NCBI GenBank assembly: GCA_016839815.1
Contig: JAEOTM010000032.1
Span: forward strand, 66,879-130,878
Length of the DNA stretch: 64,000 nt
Reading direction: 5' to 3'
Source of the DNA: Candidatus Hodarchaeota archaeon
GTDB lineage: Archaea; Asgardarchaeota; Heimdallarchaeia; Hodarchaeales; Hodarchaeaceae
Part shown: positions 47,524 to 57,647 of the stretch, piece after piece
How positions within the stretch are numbered: the first letter of the stretch is position 1
How the letters are laid out: each line of letters begins with the position of its first letter
Notes under the pieces: model-generated
What the model saw: only the letters and a program-made list of their open reading frames with translations
Databases searched by the model: none
What the model was told of the DNA's origin: nothing
Program-made: the position numbers and the translations under genes

Positions 47524-49251
47524 ATGGCTAAATTCAAAAGCATAACCTTTAAACAAGTAATGATTGGATTTTGTCTTTTTATAAGTTCCATAATGATAAT
47601 CACTTCAGCACATGAGAACTTAACTGCGATTCCACCAACAAATCCTATATTCGTTGATGAGATCAAATTATCATTAACATCTCAAATTGAGGATATGACA
47701 AAAGCTTCAAATTTAAGTGTATTAATGCATATGGAAGCCCAAAAACTGCTAGCTAAGTCTTATAAATCAATAATTACCCAACAGGATATTATCAACCAAA
47801 TTAACACAATTGCGAGGAGTGAAGGAGGAGATAATGCATTAAGCTTTCCCACCCTAATATATTCGGGAGACGATTTTCAATTTTTACATGGAAATCCACA
47901 TGATGATATAATTCACCCAATTGATCCGAGATCTGAATCACTTGTTATGATAGACTTAGGAGCCAAATATAATGGAATGTGCTCTGATGTAACAAGAACT
48001 TATTTCTTTGAAAATGCTTCTGATAAAATGAAACAGGCATATCAAGTAGTTCTTGATGCGGAATCAGCTGTCATTGAAGCTATTCATCCAGGAGTGAAAA
48101 TAGGTGATTTAAATGACATTTTGTATGATGTGTATAATCAAAGTGGCTTTACTATGGATGGAGCTTACATTTATCCCAATTGGGGGCATGGTATAGGAGA
48201 TTATGTACATGAAATTCCTGTACTTGGACATCCTTATTTTGAAAATTATACAATAATGGCGGGAGCGACACTTGCTATAGAACCCAATTATTATAACCTG
48301 AATGAAGGATGGAGTGTAAGAGTGGAAGATACTATTCTTGTCACGTATAGTGGAAATATCATACTGTCAGAAGCTCTATCAAAGCAATTGGATGATCTTA
48401 CTATTCATCCTAACGATACTATTCCGGATATAAATATCGATTTTGTAAATTATAGCTACCATAAAACTGCAAATATAACTGCTTATTCTGAAGAGACGAT
48501 AGGAATTCAAACAATGGAGTTTTATGATGGATACAATTGGCGAAGAATGGATACAACTGACTCGACAAGCTTTACTGCATTATATTATATTGATGAGAAC
48601 TATGCAAGTGAATTACTTGGTCTTCTCAAAATTACCTACGACGATGGAAAGATTGACTATCACAGTGAAAAACTACTTCTTTACCCAGAGGGAGATATTA
48701 AAACGTATACCTTAGGGGAAATTACAGCCAGAAGCGATAATTACGAAAATACGTCTTATGGAGGAACCTATGACCTTATGACGGACAAATGGTCTCCGAG
48801 TAATGAATATTCTTGGATTTTTTCAGCCTCTGGTGCAGATATGATAAGAATTCACTTTAAAGATGCGAGCTTTAATCCAGATGATTTCTTCTTATTATTA
48901 GATGAAACTAACACCGTTATTAAGGAATTTTTTGTCTTCGATAATACTTCTTCACCCATGGATTCATTCTGGACTCCGTGGGTTAGTGGATCAGAAATTA
49001 AATTATGTTTAGAAGCCCTCAGTGAATTTGGATTTCATGAATTTTCGTTTACAATAGATCAAGTAGAAGCAATATCCCTTCAAATACCTATAACTTCGAA
49101 ATCTACAACAAACATCAGCAGCTCCGTACCAACCTCCGCTTCCACCCCGGCTTTTGAGAAAATTGGAGGAATAGGTATAAGTATCCTTTTTTTCTATAGG
49201 AAAAGAAGGAGGAGTATCCCTCCCGTCATACGAAATACGACTTACTTGTAA
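47524..49251 (+). CDS. Secreted M24 (Xaa-Pro type) peptidase with CUB-like domain and C-terminal anchor
   Basis: Signal peptide; IDLGA, SDVTRT, GHGIG..VHE.P, IEP and RVED motifs; IRIHF...WTPWV.G CUB-like segment; TPAFE-TM-RKRRR tail. Confidence 0.88.
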   Translation: MAKFKSITFKQVMIGFCLFISSIMIITSAHENLTAIPPTNPIFVDEIKLSLTSQIEDMTKASNLSVLMHMEAQKLLAKSYKSIITQQDIINQINTIARSEGGDNALSFPTLIYSGDDFQFLHGNPHDDIIHPIDPRSESLVMIDLGAKYNGMCSDVTRTYFFENASDKMKQAYQVVLDAESAVIEAIHPGVKIGDLNDILYDVYNQSGFTMDGAYIYPNWGHGIGDYVHEIPVLGHPYFENYTIMAGATLAIEPNYYNLNEGWSVRVEDTILVTYSGNIILSEALSKQLDDLTIHPNDTIPDINIDFVNYSYHKTANITAYSEETIGIQTMEFYDGYNWRRMDTTDSTSFTALYYIDENYASELLGLLKITYDDGKIDYHSEKLLLYPEGDIKTYTLGEITARSDNYENTSYGGTYDLMTDKWSPSNEYSWIFSASGADMIRIHFKDASFNPDDFFLLLDETNTVIKEFFVFDNTSSPMDSFWTPWVSGSEIKLCLEALSEFGFHEFSFTIDQVEAISLQIPITSKSTTNISSSVPTSASTPAFEKIGGIGISILFFYRKRRRSIPPVIRNTTYL

Positions 49252-49454
49252 TACCCCCCGTTTCTCATGTTCGGAGTTCTACACTAGTATATCGTGGTAA
49301 TACACACAAAATTGGTTATTCTAGGAAAATAAAGGAGGGTTACTCTTGGGTTAAGTCAAAAGTTCCTCCATACTCTTTATGAAATTGGATGTGTAGAGGA
49401 TAAAACAAGGATTTTTGTTCTACCCCATAATATAACCCCACTCAGCATACACAT

Positions 49455-49796
49455 TTGTATGTGTTTTTGATTACTCAAGTCACCCCGATGAAGGCCCTCT
49501 GGAGTGTGAATGGTGAACACAGAGTTCCCAGGTTATTAGAAATCCTCTATAAACGTGTTAAACCTTCACTCAATTTGGATGTGTATCTTTTATTCAATCA
49601 AGTTCCTGAAGTTGATATGATTACCGATTTAGAGACTTGGGCTACTGATTTCAATGAAGATGGGATCAAATACGCTAGCCATATCTCTTGTTCTTGTACT
49701 AGAGCCTATCAAATGGTGCATGGAACAACTATCTTCCCTTCCGACCATGAATTCACTCAATCTTTGATGAATGTAATTCAAGTCCTTTCTTCCTGA
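49455..49796 (+). pseudogene. Probable degraded gene fragment
   Basis: Weak TTG start; an EIGC segment sits upstream in another frame; no recognisable intact domain. Confidence 0.3.
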
Positions 49797-49889
49797 AATT
49801 ATGCTGACAATAGTGATTTCTAGTGTCGATAGTCAGGATCGTGATGAAGTAAAAGCATATTTCAACCAGTAAGGATAGTATAGTTTGCC

Positions 49890-51323
49890 ATGCGGGTAAT
49901 TCAACTTCATTATCACATACGCTTTTTCAGCAGTTTTGTATTCGGAATGATCTTAATTTGTGGTCTTATGTCAGATACGTCCCTTTTACCGGCGTCTACT
50001 ACGACTGTGCACTCCAATTTCTACACAACCGAATCTACGATTATTCAATACGTCGAACATGGCCCTATCATGGTAGAAAATGATACTGCATTGGAAAATG
50101 TGTCATCCAGTGGTATAGGAACTCCTACCAATCCTTTTATTATCGAGAACCTTAACATCACCAACTTCTCTTTAGGTGCGATCTGGATCACAAACACTAC
50201 GAAGGATTTTATCATTCGGAATTGCTGGATCAATGGGGAGGGAAATTCAACTAGTATGTATGGAATAATTGTTGGTGCACTTCAATCTGGAACCCCCTAT
50301 GTCTTGAATAACATTGTCAAAGGATGTCGAGTATATGGAATCACCGTGTATTTTAGTGATAGTGGTGTGATTGATGGAAACTACTGTGAAGAAAACCACG
50401 TGGGGATCTTAGTTGCAGGATTTGACATCACAGTGTCAAATAACATTTGTTTTAATAATTCTGATGGAATCTACACTTATCCTGCTGGAGAACAACTCAG
50501 TAGGAATATGAAAATTATCAATAATTCATTTACTTATAATAATCATAGTGGGATCAATCTACAGTATACCTCTGCTAATGAAATCACTGGAAATGAGGTG
50601 TTATATAATAAATACGGAATTTTTGCTTCGATTCTTGAAGATTCCACCATTTCCTTTAATCGTCTGGAACAGAATTCTGATTATGGTATCTTTATTATGA
50701 ATAAAGAGGTAGAAGGTTATCCTTATACCACTAAAGGAAACTCTATCCACTTTAACACCTTCATTGATAATGGATATCTAACCAACCACTCACAAGCGTT
50801 TGATAATGGAACGTATGAGTTCTGGTATGATCCAGAACGACTAGCGGGGAATCACTGGTCTGATTGGAATGGAACGGGGAATTATTCCATCGATGGAGGC
50901 CCCTTTGCTGATCTTTATCCTTTAAGGAATTTTGACTTTGAATTTCCCAGAATGAACAATCCAAACGATCTTATTGTAAAATATCACTCAAACGCGATAG
51001 TCACTTGGAATTGTTCGGATGATCATCCAGCTTTGTATGAACTATTTCTGAATAATTCTTTAATTGAGACTGGTTCTTGGAATGGCAGTCTAATTTCCTA
51101 TTCGGTATATAATCTGAGTGTGGACATTCACTATCTGGAATTGAAAGTTTATGACCAAAATGGCTTGGGTAGTTCAGATATGGTCACAATTACAGTTTAT
51201 CCAGTTCCTCGAGACATCCTTGACAAAATCTTCCAGTATCCTGACGTATTTGGGACAGGAATTATTGCTGGTGTTGTAGTAGAACTGGGTTTGATCATCT
51301 TTTTCCGATTAAGAAGAAAATGA
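49890..51323 (+). CDS. NosD/CASH right-handed beta-helix surface protein with Ig domain and TM anchor
   Basis: G.GT..NPFIIENL, N.I..N..GI repeats, GNHWSDW and DLYPL motifs; C-terminal TM helix plus RRK. Confidence 0.9.
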   Translation: MRVIQLHYHIRFFSSFVFGMILICGLMSDTSLLPASTTTVHSNFYTTESTIIQYVEHGPIMVENDTALENVSSSGIGTPTNPFIIENLNITNFSLGAIWITNTTKDFIIRNCWINGEGNSTSMYGIIVGALQSGTPYVLNNIVKGCRVYGITVYFSDSGVIDGNYCEENHVGILVAGFDITVSNNICFNNSDGIYTYPAGEQLSRNMKIINNSFTYNNHSGINLQYTSANEITGNEVLYNKYGIFASILEDSTISFNRLEQNSDYGIFIMNKEVEGYPYTTKGNSIHFNTFIDNGYLTNHSQAFDNGTYEFWYDPERLAGNHWSDWNGTGNYSIDGGPFADLYPLRNFDFEFPRMNNPNDLIVKYHSNAIVTWNCSDDHPALYELFLNNSLIETGSWNGSLISYSVYNLSVDIHYLELKVYDQNGLGSSDMVTITVYPVPRDILDKIFQYPDVFGTGIIAGVVVELGLIIFFRLRRK

Positions 51324-51327
51324 TTCC

Positions 51328-51858
51328 TCAAAAATCATCCCAATAGAGTGCTTTCCTTAAGAGCTTGTCTCCATGCGAGAAAGTGTGTTGAATAGTTTTT
51401 GCTACAAACCAATAAGCTGATACATGCCCATGTCCATAATATTCTAACTTTTCAGAATCCCACTCATCTGGATTTATGCTTTTAATAGTATCCAGTTGTT
51501 TTTCGCGGATTTTTCGAAACCTATCAATAAGCTCGGTTTTACTAGTACATAACATCCACATTTCTTCTTCCTCAGAAGATTTAGGATAAGATGGTAAAGG
51601 TCCTCCTATCCAATATTTGAGACTCGGTAAGGCGATAGTTTCCTCGTAATAAAGTAGATGAAACAGTACCCGTAGTGCAGACCATTTTCCGAAAAACGAA
51701 TCTATCCCTTCAGGAGCATTGTCTTGTAACTCGTGATTTGGTTCTTCCCAAAGTCGTTCCTCAGGGAAAAGAGTTAGTGTCCATTCAATAATTCGTCTTG
51801 TATGGTTTAGCTGTTCCGCTAGGAACGATTTAGAATTCATAATTATAGTCAAGTACAA
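51328..51858 (-). CDS. DinB family protein
   Basis: WSA.RVLFHL..YE and KT.QHT..H motifs. Confidence 0.8.
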   Translation of the reverse strand: MYLTIIMNSKSFLAEQLNHTRRIIEWTLTLFPEERLWEEPNHELQDNAPEGIDSFFGKWSALRVLFHLLYYEETIALPSLKYWIGGPLPSYPKSSEEEEMWMLCTSKTELIDRFRKIREKQLDTIKSINPDEWDSEKLEYYGHGHVSAYWFVAKTIQHTFSHGDKLLRKALYWDDF

Positions 51859-51873
51859 TCTAGGCTTTAAGAT

Positions 51874-52074
51874 TTATGATTGAGAGACATCGGTCTTTAT
51901 CCAGAGTGAGTCTCCACCTTCTTCTTGAATATACTTGACATCTTCTTTACCTTTCTCTGAATTTCTGCTTGTTATTACCACTTTGGCCTCATATTGTGCG
52001 AATAATAATGCTGTAGAGCGTCCTATTCCAGAACCTCTTCTGTAATTAGTACAATTTTCCCTTAAATTCGTCAT
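51874..52074 (-). pseudogene. Truncated, frameshifted SDR oxidoreductase remnant
   Basis: GSGIGRSTALLFA..AKVV..SR...TDVS then a stop at 66 aa. GKIVLIT lies in another frame. Confidence 0.85.
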
Positions 52075-52192
52075 ACATCTAAACCAATCCTTTTAATTCA
52101 ATAGAAAATAGAACATGTTCCATTTAAATTAAGCTTATAAAGAATGATGGACTATTTTACACGGAGAATATCATTCCTTGGAAGATTAAAAA

Positions 52193-52747
52193 GTGGATGT
52201 TAGATGTCAGATATGTGGGTCAGAAAAGATCAGTCTTCGACATAGTAATTCCTCTGTTTTAGGGGGGGATCGATTTGTGTGTTCCTCCACATGTTTTGTT
52301 GCTGCAAATCGATACTCATATGTTGTTTTGGGTTTTCTTACTCTCTTTTTGCCACTAATTACATTAGATATCATGATTATTATTTTTTTCATTCCTTTCT
52401 CATTAACTTTATTCAGGTTTGCATTAAAAGCATTTTCTTTAGCAAATAAACCTTTTCACAGTAGTGCGTATATGGAGAATATACCCTTAGGAGAGTTAAG
52501 TGACCCTTCAAAATTCGCGATAAATAATCCCCCAAATTCCATTTTAAAAAACTCAAATCTTGTTCAATTTTCGTCTCCCAAACGTGAATTAAGTAATGGA
52601 TCAGAGTATGCGATCAGTGAAGCCAACATACGTGAACTCAGCAATGATTTAAGTTACCAAAATCAAATTATTATTGAAAAAGATCCCCAAGGGTTCTTTA
52701 ATCTATCCAATGGCAAGTTAAAACAAACCACGAGAAAATCCGATTAA
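52193..52747 (+). CDS. Zn-finger (CxxC...CSxxC) membrane protein
   Basis: CQIC and CSSTC motifs followed by a TM hairpin. Confidence 0.6.
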   Translation: MDVRCQICGSEKISLRHSNSSVLGGDRFVCSSTCFVAANRYSYVVLGFLTLFLPLITLDIMIIIFFIPFSLTLFRFALKAFSLANKPFHSSAYMENIPLGELSDPSKFAINNPPNSILKNSNLVQFSSPKRELSNGSEYAISEANIRELSNDLSYQNQIIIEKDPQGFFNLSNGKLKQTTRKSD

Positions 52748-52807
52748 CTCTTCCTAGTCTTTGTAATATATGCAAAGAATAATATTCTGATTTACAGTTG
52801 ACTTATT

Positions 52808-53644
52808 ATGAATTCCATAATCATCATTCGTGATATGCAACCAGAGGATGAGGAGTTTGTTAGTATGTGTGGACATAGTAGGGAGGAAGCAAAAGAAAGT
52901 CCCATATTCATTGCCGATTGTTTAGAATTTGGAGTGCATAGAAAGAAGTGGTTTAGTGAAAAATATCAACTTGGGTTTCGTGCAAAAGTAGCGTTAAGTG
53001 ATAACGTCAGGGCGGGATTTCTATATTGTATGCCGATAGAAATAAGTCCATGGGGGCCCATTGGTAAAGATTTGTTGGTTATTCCTTGTCTCAATATTAA
53101 TGAACCATTTAAAGGAATAGGAATAGGAAAAAAGTTACTTAAAGCTGCAGAACATGAAGTAGAAAATCAGAGAAAAAAAGGAATTGTCGTCTTGGCTTAT
53201 GATTGGAAATCTGATTTTTGGTTAATGCCAGCAGATTTTTTCAGGAAGAATGGATATCAAGAGGTTAGAAGAGCGAAACATCCATCAGGAAATTATGAGG
53301 AAGTGCTACTATGGAAAATTCAGAAATCCAGGGCAGAAAAACCAGCATTTCTTGTTAGAAATTATACCCATAACCCAATCTCTGGAAAGGTGGTTATTGA
53401 TTTATTTTACAATACATTTTGTGAGACTTCAAATACGGAAACAGGAAGAGTTCGAGAAGTAGTAGCTGACTTTGAGGATAAGGTTGTTCTACGAGAATAC
53501 TCTGCTGATGATCGAGAGCAATTCATGAATCATCAAATTCCACGTGCGATTTTTGTCAATGGAAAAGAGATTTCTTGGGGATATGAGGCACCACGAGAGG
53601 GGATACGAAAAGCGATTACTCAGGCTTTAAATTCTGAGCTATAA
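52808..53644 (+). CDS. GNAT acetyltransferase (YoaP-like)
   Basis: IPCL..NEPFKGIGIGKKLL and FFRKNGY motifs; C-terminal thioredoxin-like part. Confidence 0.85.
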   Translation: MNSIIIIRDMQPEDEEFVSMCGHSREEAKESPIFIADCLEFGVHRKKWFSEKYQLGFRAKVALSDNVRAGFLYCMPIEISPWGPIGKDLLVIPCLNINEPFKGIGIGKKLLKAAEHEVENQRKKGIVVLAYDWKSDFWLMPADFFRKNGYQEVRRAKHPSGNYEEVLLWKIQKSRAEKPAFLVRNYTHNPISGKVVIDLFYNTFCETSNTETGRVREVVADFEDKVVLREYSADDREQFMNHQIPRAIFVNGKEISWGYEAPREGIRKAITQALNSEL

Positions 53645-53659
53645 TAGAGATTAACGGGA

Positions 53660-54829
53660 TTAATGTTCGGATGGTTCTTGATATCTTGAATTAACTAATT
53701 GAATTAAGAAAGAGGTACCTTTTTGGTCTTCAGATGTAACGGAGAGATGTCCATTATACTTTTTAACCAATCTACTAACAATAAATAGACCCAGATTAGG
53801 TGAATTCGAATCATCAAAAAATTTTCCTTGATTTAAACTATTTTGGACAGATTCTGGCATTCCCTTTCCATAATCGGTAATTCTGATCCTATAAAACTGA
53901 TCATTTGGATGAATCTCTAGATCAATTTTCTCCGTTCCAGAATGAAGAACAGCATTGCGAATGATATTATCAAAAAGTGATGAAATCGCAAGATCAGCCA
54001 AGACGAAACCTTCTCCTGTAATAGTAAATTCAATAGGTTGATTTGAATAATTGTTAATTAATTCAGAAAGGATTGGTTTGAGGGCGAATTCTTCTGTTGG
54101 ATGTCCAGTTGCGGCTACTTTCTCTAATTCTTGCATTCGCTGGATTAAATTCTGCATCTTCTTTAAAGTACCAAACATTTTATTGATTTCAAGTGTCTGA
54201 CCTTTCTCGAAGAGAGTAAGATAACCTACTAATATTGCAATATCATTCATGAGATCATGTCTGAGAATTTTATTGATAATTGAGAGTGATTCGTTCAATG
54301 TTGAGATTTCTCTGGATGCTTGACCTTGTTTGTCAATATACCAGCTATTTTGTAGGGAAATTGCGCATAAATCCCCGAAAGCGGAAACAATTCGTACATC
54401 ATCATCATTAAAACCGCTTTTCTTATTTGCAAGTCCAATTAATCCTCTAGCAACGCCTTCAATTACTAATGGAGCAAACATTACATTTTCCAAACCCACA
54501 TGACCTTCTGGCATGAACTTCATCCATTCACTATCCCAGAATTCATTATCATATACACTGGTAAGCTTGTGATAGGATTCAGCTCGTAATCCTCTTATAG
54601 GCATTGGAAGATATGGATCTACAGTGCACTCTCTTCCTCCTGCATCTAAAAACAGGACTTCATTCTCCGATCCATCTTCACTTAGAAGTGCTACATATCC
54701 CGCGCTTGCACCAGTTAGCTCTTTGCACATATCAAAGATATTATGTGCCGTTACACTAAATTCTTGGAGTGATAGCACTTCTTTTGTGGCTTCGAGAATT
54801 AACTCAAGCTCTCTTTCTTTAGAGATCAT
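53660..54829 (-). CDS. GAF-sensor histidine kinase
   Basis: GAF domain (GLIGLANK); LRHDL.N, NIIRNA..H and DYGKGM motifs. Confidence 0.92.
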   Translation of the reverse strand: MISKERELELILEATKEVLSLQEFSVTAHNIFDMCKELTGASAGYVALLSEDGSENEVLFLDAGGRECTVDPYLPMPIRGLRAESYHKLTSVYDNEFWDSEWMKFMPEGHVGLENVMFAPLVIEGVARGLIGLANKKSGFNDDDVRIVSAFGDLCAISLQNSWYIDKQGQASREISTLNESLSIINKILRHDLMNDIAILVGYLTLFEKGQTLEINKMFGTLKKMQNLIQRMQELEKVAATGHPTEEFALKPILSELINNYSNQPIEFTITGEGFVLADLAISSLFDNIIRNAVLHSGTEKIDLEIHPNDQFYRIRITDYGKGMPESVQNSLNQGKFFDDSNSPNLGLFIVSRLVKKYNGHLSVTSEDQKGTSFLIQLVNSRYQEPSEH

Positions 54830-54919
54830 TGTCTCTCACAGTGAAACACGAATCGTTTGGATTAACTAAAGGTATATTGTTGGTCTGTATATTTAAATAC
54901 GTGTATTCTAATGGGAGTG

Positions 54920-55978
54920 TTATTGTTTACTGTGGAAATTCTTTAGAATTGATAAAAACCAAAACGTAGACTCAAGTTCTTGCCAAATCCTTGCTTTTCT
55001 ACTTTCACCTAGTCCCATATAGGCTCCATTAACCCAATATCCAGAGTGCTTTTCCTCTAGAAATCCTTTAGGGAGAATAATAGTCCCACGATCGGTTTTG
55101 TAGGACTCTAACACTTTTAAACCTCGCTTAAACCATTTCTGGGAGTGGATAAAGGGAAAATGGCTGAATATCCACAATTGAAGAAGGAATAATGATTTAT
55201 TTCTCACAGAACTAGTCTCTGAGGAAAAGTTCTCTAAATGGGGTTTCCAACCATGGGCATAGAAACGTTTATTCTTTGAATTGTAGTAAATTCCAAACCC
55301 AGGATGAAGGGATTGGAACTGTGGATCAAATATATACTCTATAATTGCTTTAATGTAGTCAAGTTTTATGTAAGAAGTTTTATAAAGAGATTTAGCCGCC
55401 AACACATCATAAATGGTAGGAACAGGGATAATATTGTCAAGATATAGATTTGGGTTCAATAAAGGACGGCCACGCATAGAACTAGGCATTGAGGGATATT
55501 TCGTGGGATCATCATATATATCAAATGACTTTCTTTTCACAAAACCATATATTTGTTCAAGACGTTGAACTAGAAATGAAATATTTCGATCATCTTTGAT
55601 CCCAAATTGAATTGAGAATGAGGTATAGGCACTCTTTAAAAGATTCAAGACTCCCCAATCTATTGATAGATCAATTTTTGAGTTGAAAAAAGATTGATAC
55701 GTGTTTATATGGTCCACAGAAACGTTTAACCCAAATTGTATCATTTTTGGAACATAATTTTCATACAAAACTCTCTTAGATCCATGAATACCAAAAGGAC
55801 TTCCTGGAAAAGTAGAAGGATGAAGTTGAAGCCAAGAAACAATTTTTGGAGAGCTAAGAATCTCTGCTACTAATTCGAGTGTGTTATGTGAAGGAGGATC
55901 AGGATGTAACTCAGTTAATGTACGAAAACGAATAACAGGTCCTCCATTTGCTAGGAGCCATTCTAATACTGCGCTCAT
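54920..55978 (-). CDS. Hypothetical protein (possible alpha/alpha-barrel)
   Basis: 352-aa ORF coupled to the upstream gene; LEWLL..GGP.IR.RT and ESTFW segments. Confidence 0.6.
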   Translation of the reverse strand: MSAVLEWLLANGGPVIRFRTLTELHPDPPSHNTLELVAEILSSPKIVSWLQLHPSTFPGSPFGIHGSKRVLYENYVPKMIQFGLNVSVDHINTYQSFFNSKIDLSIDWGVLNLLKSAYTSFSIQFGIKDDRNISFLVQRLEQIYGFVKRKSFDIYDDPTKYPSMPSSMRGRPLLNPNLYLDNIIPVPTIYDVLAAKSLYKTSYIKLDYIKAIIEYIFDPQFQSLHPGFGIYYNSKNKRFYAHGWKPHLENFSSETSSVRNKSLFLLQLWIFSHFPFIHSQKWFKRGLKVLESYKTDRGTIILPKGFLEEKHSGYWVNGAYMGLGESRKARIWQELESTFWFLSILKNFHSKQ

Positions 55979-56994
55979 TGACTGTTAACCACATCTACTA
56001 TCCATTCACTGATTGTTGAGAGAAAATCAGTGGCAAACTCATTTCGAGCTCTTGAATCTGTTGTTGTAAATTCGTGTGATGTTTGAGGAAATTCTTTCAC
56101 TGTTACATTTTCATTTCCTGCAACAGAAAGAACTTCTAAGATTTTATGCTTGTGTTCTTCAGGTGGATGGAAAGTATCTAGCTCTGCAAAAAGCAGTAGA
56201 GAGGGACACTTAATTTTAGAAAAAGACTTACTTGGATCATACCTTAGAAATGAACGAAACATGGGAGTATTCCCTTCAGTATATAAAAAACCCTCATATG
56301 TAGATTTAAGGTACTTATCAACAGAAGAAAAATCTTTTTTCACATTATCTGCCAACTTAAAATACTTTTGTTCAAATTCTTTACGAATTTGTAAACGTAC
56401 TTGTTCCCAATCCTTATCAGCAAGAATTTCATTATAAATAGAATTTACAAATTCCATTCCTTTTTCAGATTCATGGTTAGATTCACCTAAAGCTTGACCA
56501 ATATATTTTCGTGTTATACTTCCTGTATTAGTACCTATTAAGCCATGTACACCCAGTAAAACAAGAAATTTGACATCCTTTGACTGAGATGCTGCGATTG
56601 GCGCAATGGCTGCACCCAAACTATGACCCAGTAGGCCTATCCTAGAAGAGTCAATCCTGGGATGCTTTTTTAAAAAAGACATAATTTCCAGTACTTCATC
56701 AGCAAGATCGTAAAACGTGTAATCAGACCATATAACAGGAGAAGACTTTCCAGCTCCACGATCATCATACCTAAATGAAGCTATTCCATTTTCTGAAAAA
56801 TGTGAAGAAATAATACGGAATTTCTCTAGTCCTTGTCCCTCAAAATCCCGTTCACTAGGTCCATATCCACTGAGTAATATTACAACGGGTGGTTTACTAA
56901 TTTCAGAAGGAATAGTCAAGGTTCCAGAAAGTATCAGATCAGCAACGGGAATTTGAAGTTCTTCTGTTATAAATGTATGAGTATCAGTAGTCAT
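55975..56994 (-). CDS. Alpha/beta hydrolase
   Basis: SG.GP..RD, RYDDRG.G.S, GHSLG, D and H of the catalytic triad. Confidence 0.92.
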   Translation of the reverse strand: MTTDTHTFITEELQIPVADLILSGTLTIPSEISKPPVVILLSGYGPSERDFEGQGLEKFRIISSHFSENGIASFRYDDRGAGKSSPVIWSDYTFYDLADEVLEIMSFLKKHPRIDSSRIGLLGHSLGAAIAPIAASQSKDVKFLVLLGVHGLIGTNTGSITRKYIGQALGESNHESEKGMEFVNSIYNEILADKDWEQVRLQIRKEFEQKYFKLADNVKKDFSSVDKYLKSTYEGFLYTEGNTPMFRSFLRYDPSKSFSKIKCPSLLLFAELDTFHPPEEHKHKILEVLSVAGNENVTVKEFPQTSHEFTTTDSRARNEFATDFLSTISEWIVDVVNSQ

Positions 56995-57114
56995 AATGGA
57001 TTGTTACTCGAGTGATCACCAAAAAAATGTTCCTCATTTCACTAATAATGATGAGTAACTTTGCCATTTAGTCACAGTTCAAGGAGCGAACTGTGACAAA
57101 AATCAGAGTAAAAG

Positions 57115-57447
57115 GTGATAAAATTTAAGAAAATACCACAACTCCTAGCATTTCTCTCCATTATCCTCCTAATGTTTGGAGGATTAGGATTAGCAAACGC
57201 AACTCCTGATATTCCAGGAGATGGTCTGCAAAATGGTGACCTAGATCGTGATCGAGATCGTGATCGAGATGACGACTGTCCAGCCCCTTCTGATGGAGAG
57301 GATGGTGGGGATCCCAATCAAGGTGATGGTAAAAGAAATCAGTACGGTCCTTTGGACGGGCAAAACCCAAAAATGGCAATGCATCACTGGGCTTTAGAAT
57401 GGCAGAACCGATACCAATATCGATGGGATCCTGAACCCCCAGAGTAG
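57115..57447 (+). CDS. Small secreted protein with an Asp-Arg repeat
   Basis: Signal peptide ending ANA; DLDRDRDRDRDDDC; Trp/Tyr-rich tail. Confidence 0.75.
   Translation: MIKFKKIPQLLAFLSIILLMFGGLGLANATPDIPGDGLQNGDLDRDRDRDRDDDCPAPSDGEDGGDPNQGDGKRNQYGPLDGQNPKMAMHHWALEWQNRYQYRWDPEPPE
57243..57270 (+). repeat. Tandem GATCGW repeat encoding (DR)n
   Basis: AGATCGTGATCG x2 followed by AGAT. Confidence 0.85.
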
Positions 57448-57647
57448 TCTATAAAGAATTTTCAGGGTTCAAAAATCATACCCCCGAAGATATGAAAATA
57501 TCTTCTCTTTTTTTCTAAACAGAGAAGGGATCTCCTTAGACTGAACTCATAATATGAATATTCCTACCAAAACCCAAAAGCTTAAATCTACCATAATTCC
57601 TGTGTTTTGGTAATCTAACTTATCATATTTTTATAAAAAGTGATTTT

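Noticed and set aside
5377-54829. Receiver (5377) and kinase (53660) as a cognate pair
   Set aside because: They are 48 kb apart with no evidence of pairing.
57072-57317. Antisense ORF with SRSRSRSRSRSP, resembling a eukaryotic SR-protein domain
   Set aside because: It is the shadow of the (DR)n repeat on the + strand gene, which has a clear signal peptide; no RRM domain.
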